64,000 nt of DNA from Auanema rhodensis (lineage: Eukaryota > Animalia > Nematoda): contig OZ059895.1 in assembly GCA_964057225.1 (NCBI GenBank), positions 1,178,001 through 1,242,000 on the forward strand, in the 5' to 3' direction. Below, one piece after another: positions 13,201-28,445 of the stretch; the first letter of the stretch is position 1, and each line of letters begins with the position of its first letter. The notes beneath the pieces were generated by a model. That model did no database searches, was not told where the DNA came from, and saw only the letters and a program-made list of their open reading frames with translations. The position numbers and the translations under genes are program-made.

Positions 13201-14600
13201 TATAGTGCATTCGATGCGGATTTTTAAGCTGCGTCGATCTGTGTTATCAGATTTGCGCTAGCTTAAAAATGCACCGAGATATCAACTGATATAAGTTCAC
13301 ACTTATATCCTCGATTTTCACCCTGAAGAATTAATTTTTTCGTTGAATAACATTGTCCATCGTCTTTGCCTCGAAAAAAGGAATCTAAAAACATCTACTT
13401 TTTGCTAAATTATTCTGAAATTTTTCGAAAAAATTTTTGTCAAAATGTTTTTGGAAGCAATGTTGAGTGTACATGGAAACTCAACATACACTAATGCATC
13501 ATTTTTCAAACGATCATAACTAATTTTTGTATTAAGCGTTTCTCAATGTAGTATAGTGCATTCGATGCGGATTTTTAAGCTGCGTCGATCTGTGTTATCA
13601 GATTTGCGCTAGCTTAAAAATGCACCGAGATATCAACTGATATAAGTTCACACTTATATCCTCGATTTTCACCCTGAAGAATTAATTTTTTCGTTGAATA
13701 ACATTGTCCATCGTCTTTGCCTCGAAAAAAGGAATCTAAAAACATCTACTTTTTGCTAAATTATTTTGAAATTTTTCGAAAAAATTTTTGTCAAAATGTT
13801 TTTGGAAGCAATGTTGAGTGTACATGGAAACTCAACATACACTAATGCATCATTTTTCAAACGATCATAACTAATTTTTGTATTAAGCGTTTTTCAATGT
13901 AGTATAGTGCATTCGATGCGGATTTTTAAGCTGCGTCGATCTGTGTTATCAGATTTGCGCTAGCTTAAAAATGCACCGAGATATCAACTGATATAAGTTC
14001 ACACTTATATCCTCGATTTTCACCCTGAAGAATTAATTTTTTCGTTGAATAACATTGTCCATCGTCTTTGCCTCGAAAAAAGGAATCTAAAAACATCTAC
14101 TTTTTGCTAAATTATTTTGAAATTTTTCGAAAAAATTTTTGTCAAAATGTTTTTGGAAGCAATGTTGAGTGTACATGGAAACTCAACATACACTAATGCA
14201 TCATTTTTCAAACGATCATAACTAATTTTTGTATTAAGCGTTTTTCAATGTAGTATAGTGCATTCGATGCGGATTTTTAAGCTGCGTCGATCTGTGTTAT
14301 CAGATTTGCGCTAGCTTAAAAATGCACCGAGATATCAACTGATATAAGTTCACACTTATATCCTCGATTTTCACCCTGAAGAATTAATTTTTTCGTTGAA
14401 TAACATTGTCCATCGTCTTTGCCTTGAAAAAAGGAATCTAAAAACATCTACTTTTTGCTAAATTATTTTGAAATTTTTCGAAAAAATTTTTGTCAAAATG
14501 TTTTTGGAAGCAATGTTGAGTGTACATGGAAACTCAACATACACTAATGCATCATTTTTCAAACGATCATAACTAATTTTTGTATTAAGCGTTTCTCAAT
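7270..14600 (+). repeat. Tandem segmental duplication with offset 3861 bp (11 monomers)
   Basis: Rare variants recur at +3861: GGGTC 7967/11828, TGTTTT 8266/12127, GTCATC ~8682/~12543, ATGTTGTA ~8987/~12848. Confidence 0.88.
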
Positions 14601-17600
14601 GTAATATAGTGCATTCGATGCGGTATTTTAAGCTGCGTCGATCTGTGTTATCAGATTTGCGCTAGCTTAAAAATGCACCGATATATCAACTGATATAAGT
14701 TCACACTTATATCCTCGATTTTCACCCTGAAGAAATAATTTTTTCGTTGAATAACATTGTCCATCGTCTTTGCCTTGAAAAAAGGAATCTAAAAACATCT
14801 ACTTTTTGCTAAATTATTTTGAAATTTTTCGAAAAAATTTTTGTCAAAATGTTTTTGGAAGCAATGTTGAGTGTACATGGAAACTCAACATACACTAATG
14901 CATCATTTTTCAAACGATCATAACTAATTCTTGTATTAAGCGTTTCTCAATGTAGTATAGTGCATTCGATGCGGATTTTTAAGCTGCGTCGATCTGTGTT
15001 ATCAGATTTGCGCTAGCTTAAAAATGCACCGAGATATCAACTGATATAAGTTCACACTTATATCCTCGATTTTCACCCTGAAGAATTAATTTTTTCGTTG
15101 AATAACATTGTCCATCGTCTTTGCCTTGAAAAAAGGAATCTAAAAACATCTACTTTTTGCTAAATTATTTTGAAATTTTTCGAAAAAATTTTTGTCAAAA
15201 TGTTTTTGGAAGCAATGTTGAGTGTACATGGAAACTCAACATACACTAATGCATCATTTTTCAAACGATCATAACTAATTTTTGTATTAAGCGTTTCTCA
15301 ATGTAGTATAGTGCATTCGATGCGGATTTTTAAGCTGCGTCGATCTGTGTTATCAGATTTGCGCTAGCTTAAAAATGCACCGAGATATCAACTGATATAA
15401 GTTCACACTTATATCCTCGATTTTCACCCTGAAGAATTAATTTTTTCGTTGAATAACATTGTCCATCGTCTTTGCCTTGAAAAAGGGAATCTAAAAACAT
15501 CTACTTTTTGCTAAATTATTTTGAAATTTTTCGAAAAAATTTTTGTCAAAATGTTTTTGGAAGCAATGTTGAGTGTACATGGAAACTCAACATACACTAA
15601 TGCATCATTTTTCAAACGATCATAACTAATTTTTGTATTAAGCGTTTCTCAATGTAGTATAGTGCATTCGATGCGGATTTTTAAGCTGCGTCGATCTGTG
15701 TTATCAGATTTGCGCTAGCTTAAAAATGCACCGAGATATCAACTGATATAAGTTCACACTTATATCCTCGATTTTCACCCTGAAGAATTAATTTTTTCGT
15801 TGAATAACATTGTCCATCGTCTTTGCCTCGAAAAAAGGAATCTAAAAACATCTACTTTTTGCTAAATTATTTTGAAATTTTTCGAAAAAATTTTTGTCAA
15901 AATGTTTTTGGAAGCAATGTTGAGTGTACATGGAAACTCAACATACACTAATGCATCATTTTTCAAACGATCATAACTAATTTTTGTATTAAGCGTTTCT
16001 CAATGTAGTATAGTGCATTCGATGCGGATTTTTAAGCTGCGTCGATCTGTGTTATCAGATTTGCGCTAGCTTAAAAATGCACCGAGATATCAACTGATAT
16101 AAGTTCACACTTATATCCTCGATTTTCACCCTGAAGAATTAATTTTTTCGTTGAATAACATTGTCCATCGTCTTTGCCTTGAAAAAAGGAATCTAAAAAC
16201 ATCTACTTTTTGCTAAATTATTTTGAAATTTTTCGAAAAAATTTTTGTCAAAATGTTTTTGGAAGCAATGTTGAGTGTACATGGAAACTCAACATACACT
16301 AATGCATCATTTTTCAAACGATCATAACTAATTTTTGTATTAAGCGTTTCTCAATGTAGTATAGTGCATTCAATGCGGATTTTTAAGCTGCGTCGATCTG
16401 TGTTATCAGATTTGCGCTAGCTTAAAAATGCACCGAGATATCAACTGATATAAGTTCACACTTATATCCTCGATTTTCACCCTGAAGAATTAATTTTTTC
16501 GTTGAATAACATTGTCCATCGTCTTTGCCTCGAAAAAAGGAATCTAAAAACATCTACTTTTTGCTAAATTATTTTGAAATTTTTCGAAAAAATTTTTGTC
16601 AAAATGTTTTTGGAAGCAATGTTGAGTGTACATGGAAACTCAACATACACTAATGCATCATTTTTCAAACGATCATAACTAATTCTTGTATTAAGCGTTT
16701 CTCAATGTAGTATAGTGCATTCGATGCGGATTTTTAAGCTGCGTCGATCTGTGTTATCAGATTTGCGCTAGCTTAAAAATGCACCGAGATATCAACTGAT
16801 ATAAGTTCACACTTATATCCTCGATTTTCACCCTGAAGAATTAATTTTTTCGTTGAATAACATTGTCCATCGTCTTTGCCTTGAAAAAAGGAATCTAAAA
16901 ACATCTACTTTTTGCTAAATTATTTTGAAATTTTTCGAAAAAATTTTTGTCAAAATGTTTTTGGAAGCAATGTTGAGTGTACATGGAAACTCAACATACA
17001 CTAATGCATCATTTTTCAAACGATCATAACTAATTTTTGTATTAAGCGTTTCTCAATGTAGTATAGTGCATTCGATGCGGTATTTTAAGCTGCGTCGATC
17101 TGTGTTATCAGATTTGCGCTAGCTTAAAAATGCACCGATATATCAACTGATATAAGTTCACACTTATATCCTCGATTTTCACCCTGAAGAAATAATTTTT
17201 TCGTTGAATAACATTGTCCATCGTCTTTGCCTTGAAAAAAGGAATCTAAAAACATCTACTTTTTGCTAAATTATTTTGAAATTTTTCGAAAAAATTTTTG
17301 TCAAAATGTTTTTGGAAGCAATGTTGAGTGTACATGGAAACTCAACATACACTAATGCATCATTTTTCAAACGATCATAACTAATTCTTGTATTAAGCGT
17401 TTCTCAATGTAGTATAGTGCATTCGATGCGGATTTTTAAGCTGCGTCGATCTGTGTTATCAGATTTGCGCTAGCTTAAAAATGCACCGAGATATCAACTG
17501 ATATAAGTTCACACTTATATCCTCGATTTTCACCCTGAAGAATTAATTTTTTCGTTGAATAACATTGTCCATCGTCTTTGCCTTGAAAAAAGGAATCTAA

Positions 17601-20600
17601 AAACATCTACTTTTTGCTAAATTATTTTGAAATTTTTCGAAAAAATTTTTGTCAAAATGTTTTTGGAAGCAATGTTGAGTGTACATGGAAACTCAACATA
17701 CACTAATGCATCATTTTTTCAAACGATCATAACTAATTTTTGTATTAAGCGTTTCTCAATGTAGTATAGTGCATTCGATGCGGATTTTTAAGCTGCGTCG
17801 ATCTGTGTTATCAGATTTGCGCTAGCTTAAAAATGCACCGAGATATCAACTGATATAAGTTCACACTTATATCCTCGATTTTCACCCTGAAGAATTAATT
17901 TTTTCGTTGAATAACATTGTCCATCGTCTTTGCCTTGAAAAAAGGAATCTAAAAACATCTACTTTTTGCTAAATTATTTTGAAATTTTTCGAAAAAATTT
18001 TTGTCAAAATGTTTTTGGAAGCAATGTTGAGTGTACATGGAAACTCAACATACACTAATGCATCATTTTTCAAACGATCATAACTAATTTTTGTATTAAG
18101 CGTTTCTCAATGTAGTATAGTGCATTCGATGCGGATTTTTAAGCTGCGTCGATCTGTGTTATCAGATTTGCGCTAGCTTAAAAATGCACCGAGATATCAA
18201 CTTATATAAGTTCACACTTATATCCTCGATTTTCACCCTAAAGAATTAATTTTTTCGTTGAATAACATTGTCCATCGTCTTTGCCTTGAAAAAAGGAATC
18301 CAAAAACATTTACTTTTTGCTAAATTATATTGAAATTTTTCGAAAAAATTTTTGTCAAAATGTTTTTGGAAGCAATGTTGAGTGTACATGGAAACTCAAC
18401 ATACACTAATGCATCATTTTTCAAACGATCATAACTAATTTTTGTATTAAGCGTTTCTCAATGTAGTATAGTGCATTCAATGCGGATTTTTAAGCTGCGT
18501 CGATCTGTGTTATCAGATTTGCGCTAGCTTAAAAATGCACCGAGATATCAACTGATATAAGTTCACACTTATATCCTCGATTTTCACCCTGAAGAATTAA
18601 TTTTTTCGTTGAATAACATTGTCCATCGTCTTTGCCTCGAAAAAAGGAATCTAAAAACATCTACTTTTTGCTAAATTATTTTGAAATTTTTCGAAAAAAT
18701 TTTTGTCAAAATGTTTTTGGAAGCAATGTTGAGTGTACATGGAAACTCAACATACACTAATGCATCATTTTTCAAACGATCATAACTAATTCTTGTATTA
18801 AGCGTTTCTCAATGTAGTATAGTGCATTCGATGCGGATTTTTAAGCTGCGTCGATCTGTGTTATCAGATTTGCGCTAGCTTAAAAATGCACCGAGATATC
18901 AACTGATATAAGTTCACACTTATATCCTCGATTTTCACCCTGAAGAATTAATTTTTTCGTTGAATAACATTGTCCATCGTCTTTGCCTTGAAAAAAGGAA
19001 TCTAAAAACATCTACTTTTTGCTAAATTATTTTGAAATTTTTCGAAAAAATTTTTGTCAAAATGTTTTTGGAAGCAATGTTGAGTGTACATGGAAACTCA
19101 ACATACACTAATGCATCATTTTTCAAACGATCATAACTAATTTTTGTATTAAGCGTTTCTCAATGTAGTATAGTGCATTCGATGCGGTATTTTAAGCTGC
19201 GTCGATCTGTGTTATCAGATTTGCGCTAGCTTAAAAATGCACCGATATATCAACTGATATAAGTTCACACTTATATCCTCGATTTTCACCCTGAAGAAAT
19301 AATTTTTTCGTTGAATAACATTGTCCATCGTCTTTGCCTTGAAAAAAGGAATCTAAAAACATCTACTTTTTGCTAAATTATTTTGAAATTTTTCGAAAAA
19401 ATTTTTGTCAAAATGTTTTTGGAAGCAATGTTGAGTGTACATGGAAACTCAACATACACTAATGCATCATTTTTCAAACGATCATAACTAATTCTTGTAT
19501 TAAGCGTTTCTCAATGTAGTATAGTGCATTCGATGCGGATTTTTAAGCTGCGTCGATCTGTGTTATCAGATTTGCGCTAGCTTAAAAATGCACCGAGATA
19601 TCAACTGATATAAGTTCACACTTATATCCTCGATTTTCACCCTGAAGAATTAATTTTTTCGTTGAATAACATTGTCCATCGTCTTTGCCTTGAAAAAAGG
19701 AATCTAAAAACATCTACTTTTTGCTAAATTATTTTGAAATTTTTCGAAAAAATTTTTGTCAAAATGTTTTTGGAAGCAATGTTGAGTGTACATGGAAACT
19801 CAACATACACTAATGCATCATTTTTTCAAACGATCATAACTAATTTTTGTATTAAGCGTTTCTCAATGTAGTATAGTGCATTCGATGCGGATTTTTAAGC
19901 TGCGTCGATCTGTGTTATCAGATTTGCGCTAGCTTAAAAATGCACCGAGATATCAACTGATATAAGTTCACACTTATATCCTCGATTTTCACCCTGAAGA
20001 ATTAATTTTTTCGTTGAATAACATTGTCCATCGTCTTTGCCTTGAAAAAAGGAATCTAAAAACATCTACTTTTTGCTAAATTATTTTGAAATTTTTCGAA
20101 AAAATTTTTGTCAAAATGTTTTTGGAAGCAATGTTGAGTGTACATGGAAACTCAACATACACTAATGCATCATTTTTCAAACGATCATAACTAATTTTTG
20201 TATTAAGCGTTTCTCAATGTAGTATAGTGCATTCGATGCGGATTTTTAAGCTGCGTCGATCTGTGTTATCAGATTTGCGCTAGCTTAAAAATGCACCGAG
20301 ATATCAACTTATATAAGTTCACACTTATATCCTCGATTTTCACCCTAAAGAATTAATTTTTTCGTTGAATAACATTGTCCATCGTCTTTGCCTTGAAAAA
20401 AGGAATCCAAAAACATTTACTTTTTGCTAAATTATATTGAAATTTTTCGAAAAAATTTTTGTCAAAATGTTTTTGGAAGCAATGTTGAGTGTACATGGAA
20501 ACTCAACATACACTAATGCATCATTTTTCAAACGATCATAACTAATTCTTGTATTAAGCGTTTCTCAATGTAGTATAGTGCATTCGATGCGGATTTTTAA

Positions 20601-23600
20601 GCTGCGTCGATCTGTGTTATCAGATTTGCGCTAGCTTAAAAATGCACCGAGATATCAACTGATATAAGTTCACACTTATATCCTCGATTTTCACCCTGAA
20701 GAATTAATTTTTTTGTTGAATAACATTGTCCATCGTCTTTGCCTTGAAAAAAGGAATCCAAAAACATCTACTTTTTGCTAAATTATTTTGAAATTTTTCG
20801 AAAAAATTTTTGTCAAAATGTTTTTGGAAGCAATGTTGAGTGTACATGGAAACTCAACATACACTAATGCATCATTTTTCAAACGATCATAACTAATTTT
20901 TGTATTAAGCGTTTCTCAATGTAGTATAGTGCATTTGATGCGGATTTTTAAGCTGCGTCGATCTGTGTTATCAGATTTGCGCTAGCTTAAAAATGCACCG
21001 AGATATCAACTGATATAAGTTCACACTTATATCCTCGATTTTCACCCTGAAGAATTAATTTTTTCGTTGAATAACATTGTCCATCGTCTTTGCCTTGGAA
21101 AAAGGAATCTAAAAACATCTACTTTTTGCTAAATTATTTTGAAATTTTTCGAAAAAATTTTTGTCAAAATGTTTTTGGAAGCAATGTTGAGTGTACATGG
21201 AAACTCAACATACACTAATGCATCATTTTTCAAACGATCATAACTAATTTTTGTATTAAGCGTTTCTCAATGTAGTATAGTGCATTCGATGCGGTATTTT
21301 AAGCTGCGTCGATCTGTGTTATCAGATTTGCGCTAGCTTAAAAATGCACCGATATATCAACTTATATAAGTTCACACTTATATCCTCGATTTTCACCCTA
21401 AAGAATTAATTTTTTCGTTGAATAACATTGTCCATCGTCTTTGCCTTGAAAAAAGGAATCCAAAAACATCTACTTTTTGCTAAATTATTTTGAAATTTTT
21501 CGAAAAAATTTTTGTCAAAATGTTTTTGGAAGCAATGTTGAGTGTACATGGAAACTCAACATACACTAATGCATCATTTTTTCAAACGATCATAACTAAT
21601 TTTTGTATTAAGCGTTTCTCAATGTAGTATAGTGCATTCGATGCGGATTTTTAAGCTGCGTCGATCTGTGTTATCAGATTTGCGCTAGCTTAAAAATGCA
21701 CCGAGATATCAACTGATATAAGTTCACACTTATATCCTCGATTTTCACCCTGAAGAATTAATTTTTTCGTTGAATAACATTGTCCATCGTCTTTGCCTTG
21801 AAAAAAGGAATCTAAAAACATCTACTTTTTGCTAAATTATTTTGAAATTTTTCGAAAAAATTTTTGTCAAAATGTTTTTGGAAGCAATGTTGAGTGTACA
21901 TGGAAACTCAACATACACTAATGCATCATTTTTCAAACGATCATAACTAATTTTTGTATTAAGCGTTTCTCAATGTAATATAGTGCATTCGATGCGGTAT
22001 TTTAAGCTGCGTCGATCTGTGTTATCAGATTTGCGCTAGCTTAAAAATGCACCGATATATCAACTGATATAAGTTCACACTTATATCCTCGATTTTCACC
22101 CTGAAGAAATAATTTTTTCGTTGAATAACATTGTCCATCGTCTTTGCCTTGAAAAAAGGAATCTAAAAACATCTACTTTTTGCTAAATTATTTTGAAATT
22201 TTTCGAAAAAATTTTTGTCAAAATGTTTTTGGAAGCAATGTTGAGTGTACATGGAAACTCAACATACACTAATGCATCATTTTTCAAACGATCATAACTA
22301 ATTCTTGTATTAAGCGTTTCTCAATGTAGTATAGTGCATTCGATGCGGATTTTTAAGCTGCGTCGATCTGTGTTATCAGATTTGCGCTAGCTTAAAAATG
22401 CACCGAGATATCAACTGATATAAGTTCACACTTATATCCTCGATTTTCACCCTGAAGAATTAATTTTTTCGTTGAATAACATTGTCCATCGTCTTTGCCT
22501 TGAAAAAAGGAATCTAAAAACATCTACTTTTTGCTAAATTATTTTGAAATTTTTCGAAAAAATTTTTGTCAAAATGTTTTTGGAAGCAATGTTGAGTGTA
22601 CATGGAAACTCAACATACACTAATGCATCATTTTTCAAACGATCATAACTAATTTTTGTATTAAGCGTTTCTCAATGTAGTATAGTGCATTCGATGCGGA
22701 TTTTTAAGCTGCGTCGATCTGTGTTATCAGATTTGCGCTAGCTTAAAAATGCACCGAGATATCAACTGATATAAGTTCACACTTATATCCTCGATTTTCA
22801 CCCTGAAGAATTAATTTTTTCGTTGAATAACATTGTCCATCGTCTTTGCCTTGAAAAAGGGAATCTAAAAACATCTACTTTTTGCTAAATTATTTTGAAA
22901 TTTTTCGAAAAAATTTTTGTCAAAATGTTTTTGGAAGCAATGTTGAGTGTACATGGAAACTCAACATACACTAATGCATCATTTTTCAAACGATCATAAC
23001 TAATTTTTGTATTAAGCGTTTCTCAATGTAGTATAGTGCATTCGATGCGGATTTTTAAGCTGCGTCGATCTGTGTTATCAGATTTGCGCTAGCTTAAAAA
23101 TGCACCGAGATATCAACTGATATAAGTTCACACTTATATCCTCGATTTTCACCCTGAAGAATTAATTTTTTCGTTGAATAACATTGTCCATCGTCTTTGC
23201 CTCGAAAAAAGGAATCTAAAAACATCTACTTTTTGCTAAATTATTTTGAAATTTTTCGAAAAAATTTTTGTCAAAATGTTTTTGGAAGCAATGTTGAGTG
23301 TACATGGAAACTCAACATACACTAATGCATCATTTTTCAAACGATCATAACTAATTTTTGTATTAAGCGTTTCTCAATGTAGTATAGTGCATTCGATGCG
23401 GATTTTTAAGCTGCGTCGATCTGTGTTATCAGATTTGCGCTAGCTTAAAAATGCACCGAGATATCAACTGATATAAGTTCACACTTATATCCTCGATTTT
23501 CACCCTGAAGAATTAATTTTTTCGTTGAATAACATTGTCCATCGTCTTTGCCTTGAAAAAAGGAATCTAAAAACATCTACTTTTTGCTAAATTATTTTGA

Positions 23601-26600
23601 AATTTTTCGAAAAAATTTTTGTCAAAATGTTTTTGGAAGCAATGTTGAGTGTACATGGAAACTCAACATACACTAATGCATCATTTTTCAAACGATCATA
23701 ACTAATTTTTGTATTAAGCGTTTCTCAATGTAGTATAGTGCATTCGATGCGGATTTTTAAGCTGCGTCGATCTGTGTTATCAGATTTGCGCTAGCTTAAA
23801 AATGCACCGAGATATCAACTGATATAAGTTCACACTTATATCCTCGATTTTCACCCTGAAGAATTAATTTTTTCGTTGAATAACATTGTCCATCGTCTTT
23901 GCCTCGAAAAAAGGAATCTAAAAACATCTACTTTTTGCTAAATTATTTTGAAATTTTTCGAAAAAATTTTTGTCAAAATGTTTTTGGAAGCAATGTTGAG
24001 TGTACATGGAAACTCAACATACACTAATGCATCATTTTTCAAACGATCATAACTAATTCTTGTATTAAGCGTTTCTCAATGTAGTATAGTGCATTCGATG
24101 CGGATTTTTAAGCTGCGTCGATCTGTGTTATCAGATTTGCGCTAGCTTAAAAATGCACCGAGATATCAACTGATATAAGTTCACACTTATATCCTCGATT
24201 TTCACCCTGAAGAATTAATTTTTTCGTTGAATAACATTGTCCATCGTCTTTGCCTTGAAAAAAGGAATCTAAAAACATCTACTTTTTGCTAAATTATTTT
24301 GAAATTTTTCGAAAAAATTTTTGTCAAAATGTTTTTGGAAGCAATGTTGAGTGTACATGGAAACTCAACATACACTAATGCATCATTTTTCAAACGATCA
24401 TAACTAATTTTTGTATTAAGGGTTTCTCAATGTAGTATAGTGCATTCGATGCGGTATTTTAAGCTGCGTCGATCTGTGTTATCAGATTTGCGCTAGCTTA
24501 AAAATGCACCGATATATCAACTGATATAAGTTCACACTTATATCCTCGATTTTCACCCTGAAGAAATAATTTTTTCGTTGAATAACATTGTCCATCGTCT
24601 TTGCCTTGAAAAAAGGAATCTAAAAACATCTACTTTTTGCTAAATTATTTTGAAATTTTTCGAAAAAATTTTTGTCAAAATGTTTTTGGAAGCAATGTTG
24701 AGTGTACATGGAAACTCAACATACACTAATGCATCATTTTTCAAACGATCATAACTAATTCTTGTATTAAGCGTTTCTCAATGTAGTATAGTGCATTCGA
24801 TGCGGATTTTTAAGCTGCGTCGATCTGTGTTATCAGATTTGCGCTAGCTTAAAAATGCACCGAGATATCAACTGATATAAGTTCACACTTATATCCTCGA
24901 TTTTCACCCTGAAGAATTAATTTTTTCGTTGAATAACATTGTCCATCGTCTTTGCCTTGAAAAAAGGAATCTAAAAACATCTACTTTTTGCTAAATTATT
25001 TTGAAATTTTTCGAAAAAATTTTTGTCAAAATGTTTTTGGAAGCAATGTTGAGTGTACATGGAAACTCAACATACACTAATGCATCATTTTTCAAACGAT
25101 CATAACTAATTTTTGTATTAAGCGTTTCTCAATGTAGTATAGTGCATTCGATGCGGATTTTTAAGCTGCGTCGATCTGTGTTATCAGATTTGCGCTAGCT
25201 TAAAAATGCACCGAGATATCAACTGATATAAGTTCACACTTATATCCTCGATTTTCACCCTGAAGAATTAATTTTTTCGTTGAATAACATTGTCCATCGT
25301 CTTTGCCTTGAAAAAGGGAATCTAAAAACATCTACTTTTTGCTAAATTATTTTGAAATTTTTCGAAAAAATTTTTGTCAAAATGTTTTTGGAAGCAATGT
25401 TGAGTGTACATGGAAACTCAACATACACTAATGCATCATTTTTCAAACGATCATAACTAATTTTTGTATTAAGCGTTTCTCAATGTAGTATAGTGCATTC
25501 GATGCGGATTTTTAAGCTGCGTCGATCTGTGTTATCAGATTTGCGCTAGCTTAAAAATGCACCGAGATATCAACTGATATAAGTTCACACATATATCCTC
25601 GATTTTCACCCTGAAGAATTAATTTTTTCGTTGAATAACATTGTCCATCGTCTTTGCCTCGAAAAAAGGAATCTAAAAACATCTACTTTTTGCTAAATTA
25701 TTTTGAAATTTTTCGAAAAAATTTTTGTCAAAATGTTTTTGGAAGCAATGTTGAGTGTACATGGAAACTCAACATACACTAATGCATCATTTTTCAAACG
25801 ATCATAACTAATTTTTGTATTAAGCGTTTCTCAATGTAGTATAGTGCATTCGATGCGGATTTTTAAGCTGCGTCGATCTGTGTTATCAGATTTGCGCTAG
25901 CTTAAAAATGCACCGAGATATCAACTGATATAAGTTCACACTTATATCCTCGATTTTCACCCTGAAGAATTAATTTTTTCGTTGAATAACCTTGTCCATC
26001 GTCTTTGCCTTGAAAAAAGGAATCTAAAAACATCTACTTTTTGCTAAATTATTTTGAAATTTTTCGAAAAAATTTTTGTCAAAATGTTTTTGGAAGCAAT
26101 GTTGAGTGTACATGGAAACTCAACATACACTAATGCATCATTTTTCAAACGATCATAACTAATTTTTGTATTAAGCGTTTCTCAATGTAGTATAGTGCAT
26201 TCGATGCGGATTTTTAAGCTGCGTCGATCTGTGTTATCAGATTTGCGCTAGCTTAAAAATGCACCGAGATATCAACTGATATAAGTTCACACTTATATCC
26301 TCGATTTTCACCCTGAAGAATTAATTTTTTCGTTGAATAACATTGTCCATCGTCTTTGCCTCGAAAAAAGGAATCTAAAAACATCTACTTTTTGCTAAAT
26401 TATTTTGAAATTTTTCGAAAAAATTTTTGTCAAAATGTTTTTGGAAGCAATGTTGAGTGTACATGGAAACTCAACATACACTAATGCATCATTTTTCAAA
26501 CGATCATAACTAATTCTTGTATTAAGCGTTTCTCAATGTAGTATAGTGCATTCGATGCGGATTTTTAAGCTGCGTCGATCTGTGTTATCAGATTTGCGCT

Positions 26601-28425
26601 AGCTTAAAAATGCACCGAGATATCAACTGATATAAGTTCACACTTATATCCTCGATTTTCACCCTGAAGAATTAATTTTTTCGTTGAATAACATTGTCCA
26701 TCGTCTTTGCCTTGAAAAAAGGAATCTAAAAACATCTACTTTTTGCTAAATTATTTTGAAATTTTTCGAAAAAATTTTTGTCAAAATGTTTTTGGAAGCA
26801 ATGTTGAGTGTACATGGAAACTCAACATACACTAATGCATCATTTTTCAAACGATCATAACTAATTTTTGTATTAAGCGTTTCTCAATGTAGTATAGTGC
26901 ATTCGATGCGGTATTTTAAGCTGCGTCGATCTGTGTTATCAGATTTGCGCTAGCTTAAAAATGCACCGATATATCAACTGATATAAGTTCACACTTATAT
27001 CCTCGATTTTCACCCTGAAGAAATAATTTTTTCGTTGAATAACATTGTCCATCGTCTTTGCCTTGAAAAAAGGAATCTAAAAACATCTACTTTTTGCTAA
27101 ATTATTTTGAAATTTTTCGAAAAAATTTTTGTCAAAATGTTTTTGGAAGCAATGTTGAGTGTACATGGAAACTCAACATACACTAATGCATCATTTTTCA
27201 AACGATCATAACTAATTCTTGTATTAAGCGTTTCTCAATGTAGTATAGTGCATTCGATGCGGATTTTTAAGCTGCGTCGATCTGTGTTATCAGATTTGCG
27301 CTAGCTTAAAAATGCACCGAGATATCAACTGATATAAGTTCACACTTATATCCTCGATTTTCACCCTGAAGAATTAATTTTTTCGTTGAATAACATTGTC
27401 CATCGTCTTTGCCTTGAAAAAAGGAATCTAAAAACATCTACTTTTTGCTAAATTATTTTGAAATTTTTCGAAAAAATTTTTGTCAAAATGTTTTTGGAAG
27501 CAATGTTGAGTGTACATGGAAACTCAACATACACTAATGCATCATTTTTTCAAACGATCATAACTAATTTTTGTATTAAGCGTTTCTCAATGTAGTATAG
27601 TGCATTCGATGCGGATTTTTAAGCTGCGTCGATCTGTGTTATCAGATTTGCGCTAGCTTAAAAATGCACCGAGATATCAACTGATATAAGTTCACACTTA
27701 TATCCTCGATTTTCACCCTGAAGAATTAATTTTTTCGTTGAATAACATTGTCCATCGTCTTTGCCTTAAAAAAAGGAATCTAAAAACATCTACTTTTTGC
27801 TAAATTATTTTGAAATTTTTCGAAAAAATTTTTGTCAAAATGTTTTTGGAAGCAATGTTGAGTGTACATGGAAACTCAACATACACTAATGCATCATTTT
27901 TCAAACGATCATAACTAATTTTTGTATTAAGCGTTTCTCAATGTAGTATAGTGCATTCGATGCGGATTTTTAAGCTGCGTCGATCTGTGTTATCAGATTT
28001 GCGCTAGCTTAAAAATGCACCGAGATATCAACTTATATAAGTTCACACTTATATCCTCGATTTTCACCCTAAAGAATTAATTTTTTCGTTGAATAACATT
28101 GTCCATCGTCTTTGCCTTGAAAAAAGGAATCCAAAAACATTTACTTTTTGCTAAATTATATTGAAATTTTTCGAAAAAATTTTTGTCAAAATGTTTTTGG
28201 AAGCAATGTTGAGTGTACATGGAAACTCAACATACACTAATGCATCATTTTTCAAACGATCATAACTAATTCTTGTATTAAGCGTTTCTCAATGTAGTAT
28301 AGTGCATTCGATGCGGATTTTTAAGCTGCGTCGATCTGTGTTATCAGATTTGCGCTAGCTTAAAAATGCACCGAGATATCAACTGATATAAGTTCACACT
28401 TATATCCTCGATTTTCACCCTGAAG
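14600..28425 (+). repeat. Nested 6-, 7- and 21-monomer higher-order duplications
   Basis: 6-mer (2107 bp): TTCAATGC ~16372/~18479 and CCCTAAAG 18240/20347. 7-mer (2457 bp): AAAGGG 22859/25316 and GGTAT ~21998/24455/26912. 21-mer (7374 bp): GTAATA 14604/21978 and AAAGGG 15485/22859. Confidence 0.85.
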
Positions 28426-28445
28426 CTTAAAAATACACATCGATT
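28416..28445. other. Left strand-switch junction (convergent, forward to reverse)
   Basis: ...CACCCTGA[AG]CTTAAAAATACACATCG...: forward ends at monomer position 342, reverse starts at 244, with AG shared at 28424-28425. The join creates AAGCTT (HindIII) at 28423-28428, which is absent from the consensus monomer. Confidence 0.96.

Larger units (their letters stand above)
1..28425 (+). repeat. Satellite block F1, forward orientation, ~81 monomers
   Basis: Anchor at 28084 = 80x351 + 4, explained by four +T insertions in the CATTTTTC run (~17715, ~19821, ~21580, ~27546). The first monomer has a 1-bp deletion near position 33. Confidence 0.98.
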
